64,000 nt of DNA. Origin: an uncultured virus (IMG/VR IMGVR_UViG_3300029951_000024) (Duplodnaviria; Heunggongvirae; Uroviricota; Caudoviricetes). The stretch lies in IMG/VR virus record IMGVR_UViG_3300029951_000024; one strand, written 5' to 3'. The notes beneath the pieces are model-generated. The model was not told where the DNA came from. It did no database searches and saw only the letters and a list, made by a program, of their open reading frames with translations. Position 1 is the first letter of the stretch; each line of letters starts with the position of its first letter. Position numbers and translations under genes: made by a program. This document shows, piece after piece, positions 36,866 to 45,617 of the stretch.

Positions 36866-37126
36866 CTATACAGCTGTCACGTCTCGCCCGTACTGTGTAA
36901 AGAATCCCGACACCCCGCCGGACCGCAGCACGTGGTAGAGCCACGATGCCGGGCGCCGTCCCGGGCCGCATGTCTTGGCGGCGTAGGGTAGACCGTCCGA
37001 CGGCATTTCCTTCGGGTAGACGATGCGCTGCACCTTGTGCCACAGCGACATGTCCACATCCGTTGCCCGCTCGGCCTGTTCCCAAGGTGCGCCAATTGGC
37101 GCAACCAGTTTTCTCGCTTTCATCAT
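36866..37126 (-). CDS. hypothetical protein
   Basis: MMKARKLVAPIGAPW...; ATGA coupling with upstream gene. Confidence 0.55.
   Translation of the reverse strand: MMKARKLVAPIGAPWEQAERATDVDMSLWHKVQRIVYPKEMPSDGLPYAAKTCGPGRRPASWLYHVLRSGGVSGFFTQYGRDVTAV
37088..37103. repeat. dispersed palindrome copy 5 (TGCGCCAATTGGCGCA)
   Basis: In the first codons of 36866..37126. Confidence 0.9.
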
Positions 37127-37335
37127 CCGCCCCTCATTAGTCGATCCATCGGCGATGGCTGGCGACCCGAGCCTTTGCACACGGCGCAGGTCTTGTGGCC
37201 GCTGCATCCGTCGCGATTCCACGCCACTACGCCACTGCCGCGGCACTCATCGCACTTCCTGGCCGCCTTGGCGGCATCCCGGGCAAACTTCACCACGTCC
37301 ATCGGCTCTCCCAAGGCGCAAATTTGCGCTTTCAT
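37123..37335 (-). CDS. small CxxCxGxG zinc-finger protein
   Basis: CDECRGSG...CAVCKGSG. Confidence 0.65.
   Translation of the reverse strand: MKAQICALGEPMDVVKFARDAAKAARKCDECRGSGVVAWNRDGCSGHKTCAVCKGSGRQPSPMDRLMRGG
37316..37329. repeat. dispersed palindrome copy 6 (GCGCAAATTTGCGC)
   Basis: Codons 3-7 (AQICA) of 37123..37335. Confidence 0.9.
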
Positions 37336-37733
37336 ACTCCCGCCATCCTGGCGATCGCGCGCGCCAATTCCTCGAACGCCTCCTGCCTCATAGTCACCGT
37401 CACCGGGTCGCCACTGGCGAGCCGCAGATGCAGTGATCCCTTCTCGAACGCCTTCGCCGGCGCCTCCCACCTCGAAACCTTGAATTGCCCCGTTCGCAGC
37501 TGGAATAGCTCGAACATCTGGGGCGGCAAGTCATACCTCCCTTGCTCCCATTGCTGCAGCGTCCCGATAGGCACGTCCAGAACATCTGCCGCGGTTTGCT
37601 GCGTCATGCCCACCAGGGCGCGCGACTCGGCCAATAGCTTCCCGCTCGGCGGGTCTCGGAGTTTTCGTTTGGCTGTTGGCATAGCCCACGATAGTACTCC
37701 GTGCTCCACGCATATGTCATCCACGGAGTTCAT
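37332..37733 (-). CDS. XRE-family HTH regulator
   Basis: RALVGMTQQTAADVLDVPIGTLQQWEQGR. Confidence 0.82.
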   Translation of the reverse strand: MNSVDDICVEHGVLSWAMPTAKRKLRDPPSGKLLAESRALVGMTQQTAADVLDVPIGTLQQWEQGRYDLPPQMFELFQLRTGQFKVSRWEAPAKAFEKGSLHLRLASGDPVTVTMRQEAFEELARAIARMAGV

Positions 37734-39484
37734 GCGTCCACCACCACCAGCACGGTCCGCACTCCGGTTCCGGCCTGTTTGAAGGTGTCATCCGGCAGCG
37801 GCTCGATCGTGCCGCCCATGGCCTCGATGCGCTCCCGGAAGGCCTTTGTGCGCTTGTCGCTGCGGAAGGTAACCCCCGCTGACATGACCGCCACCAGCCG
37901 GCCGTCGGGCTTCAGCATGTGCAGCGCGTGCTCCACGTGCGCAACGTCCTGGCCGTCCGCGAAAGGCGGATTCATCACGATGCGGTCGAAGGTTCCCAGG
38001 TCGCCATTGCAGCTCAGGAAGTCTGCCTGCCGTATGTCATCGAAGTTATGCCGCAGGCGCTGCACCAGATCGAAATTGATCTCCACGCCTGTTGTGACGG
38101 CGCCGGCGGCGCGCGCTGCCTCCAGTAAGCGGCCGGTGCCGGCGCTCGGCTCCAGCACCCTATGTCCGCGCTCGATGCGGGCCTCTTCAATCATCCGCGC
38201 GGCCAGCTCAGGGGGCGTCGGGAACAGCTGCGGGGCGGCGACCACAGTCACGCCAGCCTTGAGACTGTCGCGCATATCATCAAACTCGGTGCGCGCCGGT
38301 GCGGGCTTGTACTCGCGCGCCAGCTGCGGGGCGATCTCCCGCGGCTTCGGTTCGATCGCCGCCGGCCGCGCGTGCACCTTGGCATCGGTCAGGAATACAC
38401 ACACGAGGTTGCGTTTAACCAGGGCGGTCCGCACCCGGTGCGAGTTATCGATTATTCGCGTGCCTTTGTAGTCGCGATTGATCGAGGCATATTCGGCCTG
38501 CGTCATTTCGGCCTGCGCGTAGTGCTCCATTTCGCTACGGCGGTACATGTTCGGACAGTCGATGCCCTCCGGCGCCCGGTAGTTGCATAGCGGCAGTTGC
38601 GCCGGCCGCGGCTTTTTCGCCAGCAGCTCCGTGGCGCCTTGCTCTTCCAGCATTGCGCGCTCGTAGGCGAGGCGGTTCGCAAGGTGCGTGGTCCAGCGTT
38701 GCGCGGATGCGGCCGTCCTGGCGGCACTCGCCAGCGCCAGCCGCTGCGCCTCGGTGGCGTCGATCTTGCCGTCTGTCAGGTCGGAATAGATGCCATATGG
38801 CCCGACGCCTCTCCGCGCCAGCGCCACGGCGCGGTCATGGTCAGTCATCGGCTGGCCATCCTGGCGCGTGACCAGTGTGGGGTCGCTCATGCGGCCCCAT
38901 AGGCGGGCGATCAGCTCGGACCCCTTGAGGCTCTTCTCTACCTTGCGTTGCTCAGACTCAAGGCCTTTGATCCGGCGCGCGCGCACCTCGGGCTGTTCCT
39001 TGTACTTCGCATGGCGCAGCGCTCCGGCAGCGCGGGCCGTCCAGTAGTTAGAGGTCTCCCACATTTTGACAGCGCGCGTCATGCCGCTGCGGATCTTCTC
39101 CGCGTCCCGGCGCGCGTGTTTCTCGCTATGGTGTCCAACCATGATCGGCTGGCCCATGGGGATGCCGTCGGCGATCCGGCTCACGGCCTCTTTGGCGCGC
39201 TGCGCGTCGGCGGCGCGGTTGTCGCTGTACCCCTCGAAGCGCTCGGCGCGCTCTTCGGCGCGATCGCATAGGCTCTTGTCTTCGTCATCGATCTCCCCGG
39301 CCAGCTCGATGCAGATATCCTCACGCTCCGGTGTCCACATCGGAGCAACAAAGCAGTCTTGCTTGGGCGCCCAGATGAAACCAGCTCCGCGGACCCTGGC
39401 GTAAAGGTCCGCAGGTAGGCGCGTCGCGGCATACAGCCGTAGCTTGTTGTCATCGGGGGAATAGGTCGCGGTAAATTCACTCAT
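37730..39484 (-). CDS. DUF3560 domain fused to class I SAM-dependent (DNA amino-) methyltransferase
   Basis: ATYSPDDNKLRLY, IPMGQPIMVGHHSEKHARRD; LEPSAGTG (motif I), IVMNPPF (motif IV). Confidence 0.88.
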   Translation of the reverse strand: MSEFTATYSPDDNKLRLYAATRLPADLYARVRGAGFIWAPKQDCFVAPMWTPEREDICIELAGEIDDEDKSLCDRAEERAERFEGYSDNRAADAQRAKEAVSRIADGIPMGQPIMVGHHSEKHARRDAEKIRSGMTRAVKMWETSNYWTARAAGALRHAKYKEQPEVRARRIKGLESEQRKVEKSLKGSELIARLWGRMSDPTLVTRQDGQPMTDHDRAVALARRGVGPYGIYSDLTDGKIDATEAQRLALASAARTAASAQRWTTHLANRLAYERAMLEEQGATELLAKKPRPAQLPLCNYRAPEGIDCPNMYRRSEMEHYAQAEMTQAEYASINRDYKGTRIIDNSHRVRTALVKRNLVCVFLTDAKVHARPAAIEPKPREIAPQLAREYKPAPARTEFDDMRDSLKAGVTVVAAPQLFPTPPELAARMIEEARIERGHRVLEPSAGTGRLLEAARAAGAVTTGVEINFDLVQRLRHNFDDIRQADFLSCNGDLGTFDRIVMNPPFADGQDVAHVEHALHMLKPDGRLVAVMSAGVTFRSDKRTKAFRERIEAMGGTIEPLPDDTFKQAGTGVRTVLVVVDA

Positions 39485-39624
39485 GGTGTAGAGGCTCCAA
39501 AAATCGCGCCATAGGCGATCAGCGCAATGGCGATAAAGATAAGGGCGGCGAGCATCAGCGCGGCCAGCCCGAAGGTGAAGAGAAACGCGCGCTTATAGAG
39601 CGGCAGCTTTTTGTTTTCAGTCAT
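39481..39624 (-). CDS. small membrane protein (47 aa)
   Basis: MTENKKLPLYKRAFLFTFGLAALMLAALIFIAIALIAYGAIFGASTP; ATGA-coupled on both sides. Confidence 0.6.
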   Translation of the reverse strand: MTENKKLPLYKRAFLFTFGLAALMLAALIFIAIALIAYGAIFGASTP

Positions 39625-39902
39625 GGATGCACCTCAAAAAATTTGTTCATCTTTCCGGGATCCGATCGCACAAGATCGCCGGGCTTGCGGCAGGTTCCCC
39701 ACGCCATCCAGTGCGCCTTGGCGTCCAGGTCGATCGCCTTAAGCATGGTTTCCGTGACCGCTGCGAGCGCTTCGGCGTGCCGCTCGTATGGGCCGCGCAT
39801 CAGCCAATAGTGTTCACCGTTGGTCGCGCTCACGTAGTACGGGCCGGGCTTCGTGTCGGGCTGCTGGCCAGCGTTCCAGAATTCTGCCGCGAAGGTAGTC
39901 AC
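39621..39902 (-). CDS. hypothetical protein
   Basis: GTGA coupling; YYVSA..GPYERHAEAL..WMAWGT. Confidence 0.65.
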   Translation of the reverse strand: MTTFAAEFWNAGQQPDTKPGPYYVSATNGEHYWLMRGPYERHAEALAAVTETMLKAIDLDAKAHWMAWGTCRKPGDLVRSDPGKMNKFFEVHP

Positions 39903-40096
39903 TGCCGTGTCTCCTGGCGTGCGTGATAGCAGCCGTTTGTGTTGTGTACCTGCGCGAATTCCGCGGAAGCGCGCGAGCCGATCCGATGGGGAAAGCCCAG
40001 CCCATCGCACCAGCACGTCGCTTTGTGATTCCGCAGCTTGCGGGGGCTCATTCGCTGGACCCGCGCCATAGCGCGCGCAAAGTGCAGGTCGCTCAT
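39899..40096 (-). CDS. small Cys/His hypothetical protein
   Basis: TCWCDGLGFPHRIGS...GC. Confidence 0.55.
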   Translation of the reverse strand: MSDLHFARAMARVQRMSPRKLRNHKATCWCDGLGFPHRIGSRASAEFAQVHNTNGCYHARQETRQ

Positions 40097-40353
40097 GACT
40101 GCACCGCCTCGAAAATTTCGGTCAGCTCCCGAAGCACGGTGCGCAGATGGTCCATCCTGACGGTGTGCTGTTCGATAGCGCGACCGATCATTTGCGGACC
40201 CTGCGGGTAGTAGTCGCGCCCATTCGGGGCGGCGCGCCGGAGAGCGCCGATTGCCTCTTGCACCGCGGCGGCGGCCGCTTCCAGTTGCTCCGTTAGCTCT
40301 TCGCGGCTGGTGCCGTTCAAGTGGACAGAGGGAACAATCAGGGGGGCGCTCAT
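40093..40353 (-). CDS. hypothetical protein
   Basis: PSVHLNGTSREEL..APNGRDYYPQG. Confidence 0.7.
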   Translation of the reverse strand: MSAPLIVPSVHLNGTSREELTEQLEAAAAAVQEAIGALRRAAPNGRDYYPQGPQMIGRAIEQHTVRMDHLRTVLRELTEIFEAVQS

Positions 40354-40610
40354 GAGCGCACCGCCGTCGCGCGCTTCGCCTTGCGCTGCAAGGTCCGCTT
40401 GGAATCCCAAGGTTTCGGCGCGTCGCGTCCGGCCTCGTGCGCTGCGTCGCGCGTAGGGCAACAGGCGACCATCCGGCCGGCGACCATGACCCCATAGGCG
40501 CTAGGACCCATGTCTAGGACCGCGTACCCACTGGCCAGCGTGGCGGACCGAATGTCGCCAATTACCTTGGGGAACAGGTCGCGGGCTTGGGTGGCGTTGA
40601 TAACTTGCAT
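40350..40610 (-). CDS. hypothetical protein, first gene downstream of an early promoter
   Basis: GGAG RBS; MQVINATQARD... Confidence 0.6.
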   Translation of the reverse strand: MQVINATQARDLFPKVIGDIRSATLASGYAVLDMGPSAYGVMVAGRMVACCPTRDAAHEAGRDAPKPWDSKRTLQRKAKRATAVRS

Positions 40611-40645
40611 TTGGGTAACTCCGTGAATCAGTGGCCTATGTGTTA

Positions 40646-40674
40646 AGACTATGTGAATCACCGACCTAATGCAA
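40646..40674 (-). promoter_or_regulatory. sigma70-type promoter with GTGAWTCAC palindrome in the spacer
   Basis: TTGCAT-17 nt (TAGGTCGGTGATTCACA)-TAGTCT on the minus strand. Confidence 0.65.
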
Positions 40675-40752
40675 GGTATGTGGAGCACAGAGGCAAAATA
40701 TTGAATTACCGTGGAAAATAGGCCAAAAGGCACAAAGGACTTGACAAGGCGC

Positions 40753-40932
40753 CTAGCCTTTTGGCCGGTCCGGCGCCCCCTGGCGGGCGCTGGCCAGCGT
40801 GCGCGTGCGCATGATGTCCGCGTCCCGTTGGTCTCGGCGGACCATGAGGCGACCGGACAGCGGCATCCGGTCCCATATCTTGCGGTCCGCAGCCGTGAGG
40901 CGATCCGATACCCGGGCCGGGGCGCGGCTCAT
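40753..40932 (-). CDS. hypothetical protein
   Basis: ATGA-coupled short ORF. Confidence 0.45.
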   Translation of the reverse strand: MSRAPARVSDRLTAADRKIWDRMPLSGRLMVRRDQRDADIMRTRTLASARQGAPDRPKG

Positions 40933-41210
40933 GGCGCGGGCTCCTGGCCGTCTACCCTGGCTAGCAGCGCTTCCGCCGCGTCCGCCCATGGCTTGAATCC
41001 GCGGATCCCGCGCACCCCGTGCAGCGCGCTGCGTAGCAGCTCCAGCAGTTCCGGCGCGGCGGCGATCAAGGCGGCATTCGCCTTGCGCTGCGCCAGCGGC
41101 AGGGGCGATTTCACGTCCTCGCCAGCGATAGCTACCCGCGTATCGCCCCCTGCGTATATGCCAACCGTCTTGGGTTTGACGGCCCACGGTCCCGGTGTGT
41201 GGCCGCTCAT
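40929..41210 (-). CDS. phage protein of the HTPGPW...NAxLIAAAPELLE family
   Basis: Recognisable motif. Confidence 0.75.
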   Translation of the reverse strand: MSGHTPGPWAVKPKTVGIYAGGDTRVAIAGEDVKSPLPLAQRKANAALIAAAPELLELLRSALHGVRGIRGFKPWADAAEALLARVDGQEPAP

Positions 41211-41446
41211 GACCGACCCTCCGCCTTGGCGATGGCAGTGCGCGCGCTGGCAATTGCGGCCTTCTGCCGCAGGGTTAACTCAAACGGATCGCTGCCAATG
41301 GTTCGCACGCAAGTGCGCTGCGCCGCCAGCAGCGCATTGAGCCGATCTGCCGCCTCAGTCGGCAGCACCTCAACGCGCGCCGTCGCGGTCGCTACAAACA
41401 GCTTGCCGTTGACCACGCTGTACGGTCCGGGTGTGACCTTGCTCAT
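41207..41446 (-). CDS. hypothetical protein (TPGP..ARTAIAKAEG)
   Basis: Shares motifs with its neighbours. Confidence 0.6.
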   Translation of the reverse strand: MSKVTPGPYSVVNGKLFVATATARVEVLPTEAADRLNALLAAQRTCVRTIGSDPFELTLRQKAAIASARTAIAKAEGRS

Positions 41447-41793
41447 GACTGCGTGTCTCCGTTCTTTTCCAGCCAATGCAAAATTTCTAAATCGTCCTGG
41501 CCCTTGCGGGTGTCCCAGTAGAGGGAGCCGGGCAGGTATTCCAGGCCTGACGCCCGCGCGTAGTCGATCTCCGCGGGGGTATATGGGCAGGCGGGCGCCG
41601 CCTTAACCGGGAACTGTCCCGATATGAACAGCAGGTGATGCCGCTCGCGCCGTGCGCGCGCGCTGCCGTAATCGCGCCGCAGCGCGCGCAGCGCATCGGC
41701 GCACAGCTTGCGACCGCGCGTTGTGTCGCCACCGTGGCCGCCAAATGCGATGAGGTGCCTGCACGCTGCGTGATATGCGGCGGGGTATGTCAT
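41443..41793 (-). CDS. hypothetical protein
   Basis: ATGA-coupled ORF. Confidence 0.6.
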   Translation of the reverse strand: MTYPAAYHAACRHLIAFGGHGGDTTRGRKLCADALRALRRDYGSARARRERHHLLFISGQFPVKAAPACPYTPAEIDYARASGLEYLPGSLYWDTRKGQDDLEILHWLEKNGDTQS

Positions 41794-42152
41794 GACCGGC
41801 CCTCCGCCTTATCGACCGCAGCGCGCGCGCGTTTCTGGAGAACATCCGGCGCGATATCCATGCGGGCCGCGTGGCGCGCGATCGCCAGCAGCTCGCTGGC
41901 GGGGTCGGTGACTTCCGCACCGATGACCACACGGACCCCAATCATTCCGGCCGTGCTCGGAGGGTAGAAGGCATCCGCAAGCGCCTTGGCTGCGTCCGCA
42001 TCTTTCTGGCTTTGCACGGCGTTGTCTGCTGAACTCGACAAGTCGCTGCGGTTGTGAATCTCTACGTCTTCCTCGTGCACCTCGGCCAGCGAAAAGAGCC
42101 CGTCAGCGATCATGCGGCGCTCTTCGCGCGTCAACAGTCTGGGGGCGCTCAT
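41790..42152 (-). CDS. hypothetical protein
   Basis: ATGA-coupled ORF ending ARAAVDKAEGRS. Confidence 0.6.
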   Translation of the reverse strand: MSAPRLLTREERRMIADGLFSLAEVHEEDVEIHNRSDLSSSADNAVQSQKDADAAKALADAFYPPSTAGMIGVRVVIGAEVTDPASELLAIARHAARMDIAPDVLQKRARAAVDKAEGRS

Positions 42153-42571
42153 GACCGCACCCCCGACAGCTGGCGGACCTTGGCGGGCGAACCGGGGCGG
42201 GGCTTCGGCTTCGGATCCGCCGGAACCTTCTCGCCGCCCTTGGGGCCGCCCTTGCCCTCTGATCCCTCGGGCTCAATGGGCTCGCCCTTGGCCAGTCGCA
42301 CTGCCACGTAGCGAAGGCGCACGTCGTGCGGGCCTACGTACTGCGTCCCGACCATATGCAGCGCGGCCATGCTCCAGGCGGGGACCGCGCGGCGCGCGCC
42401 CTTGCAAAATGTGCGCTCGTAGGCCTGAGCCTCATACATTTCAACGTCCCGCGGGGAGTCGCGCGCGATCCGCAGGCCTTGTGCAAGCGATTCCGTTTGG
42501 TCGGCAGTCAGGATGTAAACGCGGGGCGGCAGCTCCGGGCCGTACACCAAAAATGTTCCGATGGGGGGCAT
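42149..42571 (-). CDS. hypothetical protein
   Basis: GGAG RBS; Pro/Lys/Gly-rich tail. Confidence 0.6.
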   Translation of the reverse strand: MPPIGTFLVYGPELPPRVYILTADQTESLAQGLRIARDSPRDVEMYEAQAYERTFCKGARRAVPAWSMAALHMVGTQYVGPHDVRLRYVAVRLAKGEPIEPEGSEGKGGPKGGEKVPADPKPKPRPGSPAKVRQLSGVRS

Positions 42572-42643
42572 GTCTATAACTCCGTTAGTGCCGTGTCTGT
42601 ATCCCCGCTGCGCTCTCAAGTGAGAGCGCAACAGGATCCAGAC

Positions 42644-43699
42644 TCAGGCGGCGAGCAATTCCTCGCATCCGGCCAGCTGCGCGCACAGGTACTGCGCGTC
42701 CTGTTTGGTCTCTTCACCGAGACCGAACCATGCCGAGGTCAGGCGGGCCGCAGATTCGCCGGCGCCGTACTTATCGACTGATGCGGCCTTGTGATCCGTC
42801 CAGTAGGTAACCGCCTGAAGCAAACCGAAAGCCGTACCCTTGGCAGACTTCAGGCCAGCGCCGGGGCCGTTCGCGTAAGCGGCCTCCAGTTCGGACAGCA
42901 TGTTGCGGGTGCGGGCAGGTATCGCCGGCTTGCCCTTGGCGTTGACCGCGTCCAGTTCGGCAACATCGCGGCGAAACAGATCGCAGAAAAACTTGCGGCG
43001 CTCGGCATCGGAAACCTTGCGGGCGCAAAGAGCGTTCCAGAACTGCGCGGTTACCTTGTGCTGCGCGCCCAAGAGTCCGAGTGCAGCCTTGAATGCTTTG
43101 GGGTCGAATTCCTGCGCGTGGGAAACCCGGTAGATGTTGTCCGCCTCGCGGGTATCGATCGCGCGCATGGTGTTGGCGCAAACCTGCCGGATGGTGGTGA
43201 ATACTCCGGAGGTGCCATTCTCGCCGTCGTTGCCGGTCTGGAATCGGTAGTAACCCGTGACCTTGTCGCGGCCGGGCATCAGGAAATCATAGTCGGAGCC
43301 CAGTTTGGCCAGTGCCCACACAATGCGGCCGCCCCGCAGCGACCCGGCCGTCTCAATGGCCATTCCATTGCTATGCAGGAGGTCGGCGTAAAATCCGAGA
43401 ATGTCGCGCGGCTGGCGGCCTTCCATGCTGTATTTGTTCGCGCTGACCACTCCCAAGGGCGCCTTGGTGTCGCTGCGGTAGTTAACTACCGTGTTGGGGA
43501 TGGAATGCTCGTGACCGCGGTCATCGACATAGGTGGCCGGGGCGGTCTTAACCTCCCAGTCCAGGCCTGCCTTGCGGGCGATGGTCTCCAGGGAATCCCC
43601 CTCCAGAATCTCCTGCCCTAAGCCGTGCCATGCGCTCTTGGCGCCGCCCCGCAGGGCGATTGCCGCCTTGCCCGTGCTCATATCCAGTTCGTGTGACAT
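42644..43699 (-). CDS. DUF932 family protein
   Basis: AWHGLG, AGLDWEV, RSDT..LGVVS, ETAGSLRGGR, TTIRQVCANT, GTAFGLLQAVT..DH, SAWFG. Confidence 0.9.
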   Translation of the reverse strand: MSHELDMSTGKAAIALRGGAKSAWHGLGQEILEGDSLETIARKAGLDWEVKTAPATYVDDRGHEHSIPNTVVNYRSDTKAPLGVVSANKYSMEGRQPRDILGFYADLLHSNGMAIETAGSLRGGRIVWALAKLGSDYDFLMPGRDKVTGYYRFQTGNDGENGTSGVFTTIRQVCANTMRAIDTREADNIYRVSHAQEFDPKAFKAALGLLGAQHKVTAQFWNALCARKVSDAERRKFFCDLFRRDVAELDAVNAKGKPAIPARTRNMLSELEAAYANGPGAGLKSAKGTAFGLLQAVTYWTDHKAASVDKYGAGESAARLTSAWFGLGEETKQDAQYLCAQLAGCEELLAA

Positions 43700-43748
43700 A
43701 TGCGTTGCTCCGTGTAGTCAGGTTCTAAATCAGCGGTCTATGGGGCTT

Positions 43749-43776
43749 ATTATCCGTGATTCACCGACTAAGTCAA
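43749..43776 (-). promoter_or_regulatory. sigma70-type promoter with GTGAWTCAC palindrome in the spacer
   Basis: TTGACT-16 nt (TAGTCGGTGAATCACG)-GATAAT on the minus strand. Confidence 0.65.
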
Positions 43777-43920
43777 GCACAGACTTCGGATGGGCTAAAT
43801 AACAGAAAAACTTGACATTTCTGGTGCGGCTGAGGCATTCGCGCGGTTCGTTTTATGGCGCCCGGGGCCGGGACCGGCCGGGGCAGGGCGCCGCCGCCTA
43901 TCCGGCAGCGCCGTGCTCGG

Positions 43921-44172
43921 TCACGCGAAGAGGTCGCCTTGAGGGGGCGGCGGCACGGGCTTGTAGTTCGCCAAGATCCAGGCCTCGACGCGGTATGCCG
44001 TCTCGATGTACGCGGCGCTCGGCGTCTTGGTGATCTCCTGGCCGGGCACGTATGCGTCCCATATCGCCTTGCGCAGATGCCACGGCAGCATCGCCCAGTG
44101 CGGCGCGCATCCCCAGAGGCGGGGAGGGACGTGGACCTTGCAGCCGGGCCAGTGGCAGGTGTGCGCAGTCAC
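43921..44172 (-). CDS. small Cys/His zinc-binding protein
   Basis: HTCHWPGC..C..HW..LP; ends QGDLFA. Confidence 0.7.
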   Translation of the reverse strand: MTAHTCHWPGCKVHVPPRLWGCAPHWAMLPWHLRKAIWDAYVPGQEITKTPSAAYIETAYRVEAWILANYKPVPPPPQGDLFA

Positions 44173-44513
44173 ACCGGTTGCTCCAGGGCCAGCACTGGGG
44201 CTAGCCCGGGCATGGCCGCCATCTCCGGGACTTCAGAGACCCACGCCTTAGAATCGTCATTGATCGACATGTAGTCATTGAACCCGGCGTGCGGGAACGC
44301 CCGGCGCAGCGCCGCGACGGCCGCGTCATTCAGCGCGTCCCCTCTGTCCCAGTCGGCTGAGCGGACTGAATCGACCAGGGTGAACAGGCGCCCCAGCTCG
44401 AGCACGGCGGACTGGGCCAGCTTTTCATCCCGCGTGATGAACAGCGCGTACTCGTTGCGGTCGCTGTAAATCCCGGTCGACATGAACACGACGTGCAGTT
44501 TGGCGAGGATCAT
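44169..44513 (-). CDS. hypothetical protein
   Basis: Coupled ORF. Confidence 0.6.
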   Translation of the reverse strand: MILAKLHVVFMSTGIYSDRNEYALFITRDEKLAQSAVLELGRLFTLVDSVRSADWDRGDALNDAAVAALRRAFPHAGFNDYMSINDDSKAWVSEVPEMAAMPGLAPVLALEQPV

Positions 44514-44740
44514 GCCTCGGCCTTGGCGGCGATCCGCGCCACGCGCATCCCACGGCCGAGGAACACGATGTGCACCTGCGTGTCGCGGCGAAGGTCCTCG
44601 ATGTATCCACGCAGGCGAGCCATCATGCCTGGCTGGCTCATGATGTCGTTATCGACCTCCATGAACACCACGTCGCCGGCGCGCGCGATCGCGAATTGAT
44701 CTTTGACCTTGGATTTGATTGCTGCTGCCTCATCCGGCAT
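44510..44740 (-). CDS. hypothetical protein
   Basis: GGAG RBS, coupled ORF. Confidence 0.6.
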   Translation of the reverse strand: MPDEAAAIKSKVKDQFAIARAGDVVFMEVDNDIMSQPGMMARLRGYIEDLRRDTQVHIVFLGRGMRVARIAAKAEA

Positions 44741-45056
44741 GGTGTTCTCCTGCGCTGGGAAATAACCTACCGGGCTGGTGGTGCAGGTACTCTTGCACAG
44801 CCTCTAACTTGTCATCTGCGTGGTGGTGAACGTCCTCTTTTTCCACATCGCCAGCCCGGCACATCAGGATCATGGCCGCGCGAAGATCGCCCATCTCTTT
44901 GGCTAGTTCCTCACGGTTAGTGACGCGGCTCTGTGGATGGCAAGACTCGTACCCATGCCGCAGCACCTTGCAGGCGATGTGCACGACCTCGCCGCATTCC
45001 TCGATCAGCAGCGCAAGGCGCTCTGCTTGCGCGGGGCTCAGCTTGTTAAACGCCAT
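44730..45056 (-). CDS. MazG-like nucleotide pyrophosphohydrolase
   Basis: LIEECGEVV..CKVLRHG..ELAKEMGDL acidic motifs. Confidence 0.8.
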   Translation of the reverse strand: MAFNKLSPAQAERLALLIEECGEVVHIACKVLRHGYESCHPQSRVTNREELAKEMGDLRAAMILMCRAGDVEKEDVHHHADDKLEAVQEYLHHQPGRLFPSAGEHHAG

Positions 45057-45227
45057 TGTCTTGTCCTTGATTGTCGCCGGATGCGCTGGCACATAATAGT
45101 TGCCATCCATCGAGCCGGGCACTTCGTCGTGACGGCCTAATCCGCGCACCGCTGCACACTCGGCCATTCGCGCCGATAATCACGAACCGATAGCCACCCA
45201 ATACGGGCATGATCGCAATGTAGCCGT

Positions 45228-45617
45228 TCACGGCTGTTCTCCTTGATTGACTACAGATGGCCGATCCAATGGCAGCAGCAATCGGCGCAGTTCCGCCACC
45301 TCTTGTTCCAGCGACTCTACGCGCTGCTCTAGGCTATATCGCTGGTTCTGTTCCATCTGGTGTGTAATCGCGGCGTCGAAGTGTTCATCCCAATGAACGT
45401 CGGTATCCCATGTGTCGTACGCGTCCGCGACCACCTGCGCGCAGCGATCAGCGTCCTCGTTCAGCCAGAGGTATCTGGCTGCATCAATGCGCAACCGCTC
45501 AATCTCCTTGGCCGCACTGCGCATCACCGAGTCCGTATACCCCCGGTCCCGCTGCTGCATGCCTGTAAGCATCAGCAGTTCTTCGGGAAGCGTCATTGTT
45601 GGAGCGGTTTCGGTCAT
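45228..45617 (-). CDS. hypothetical protein
   Basis: EIERLRIDAARYLWL motif common in phage early genes. Confidence 0.65.
   Translation of the reverse strand: MTETAPTMTLPEELLMLTGMQQRDRGYTDSVMRSAAKEIERLRIDAARYLWLNEDADRCAQVVADAYDTWDTDVHWDEHFDAAITHQMEQNQRYSLEQRVESLEQEVAELRRLLLPLDRPSVVNQGEQP

Noticed and set aside
39952..39965. GCGCGAATTCCGCG and other partial matches (37361, 42403) to the dispersed palindrome
   Set aside because: Not perfect palindromes; not counted among the nine sites
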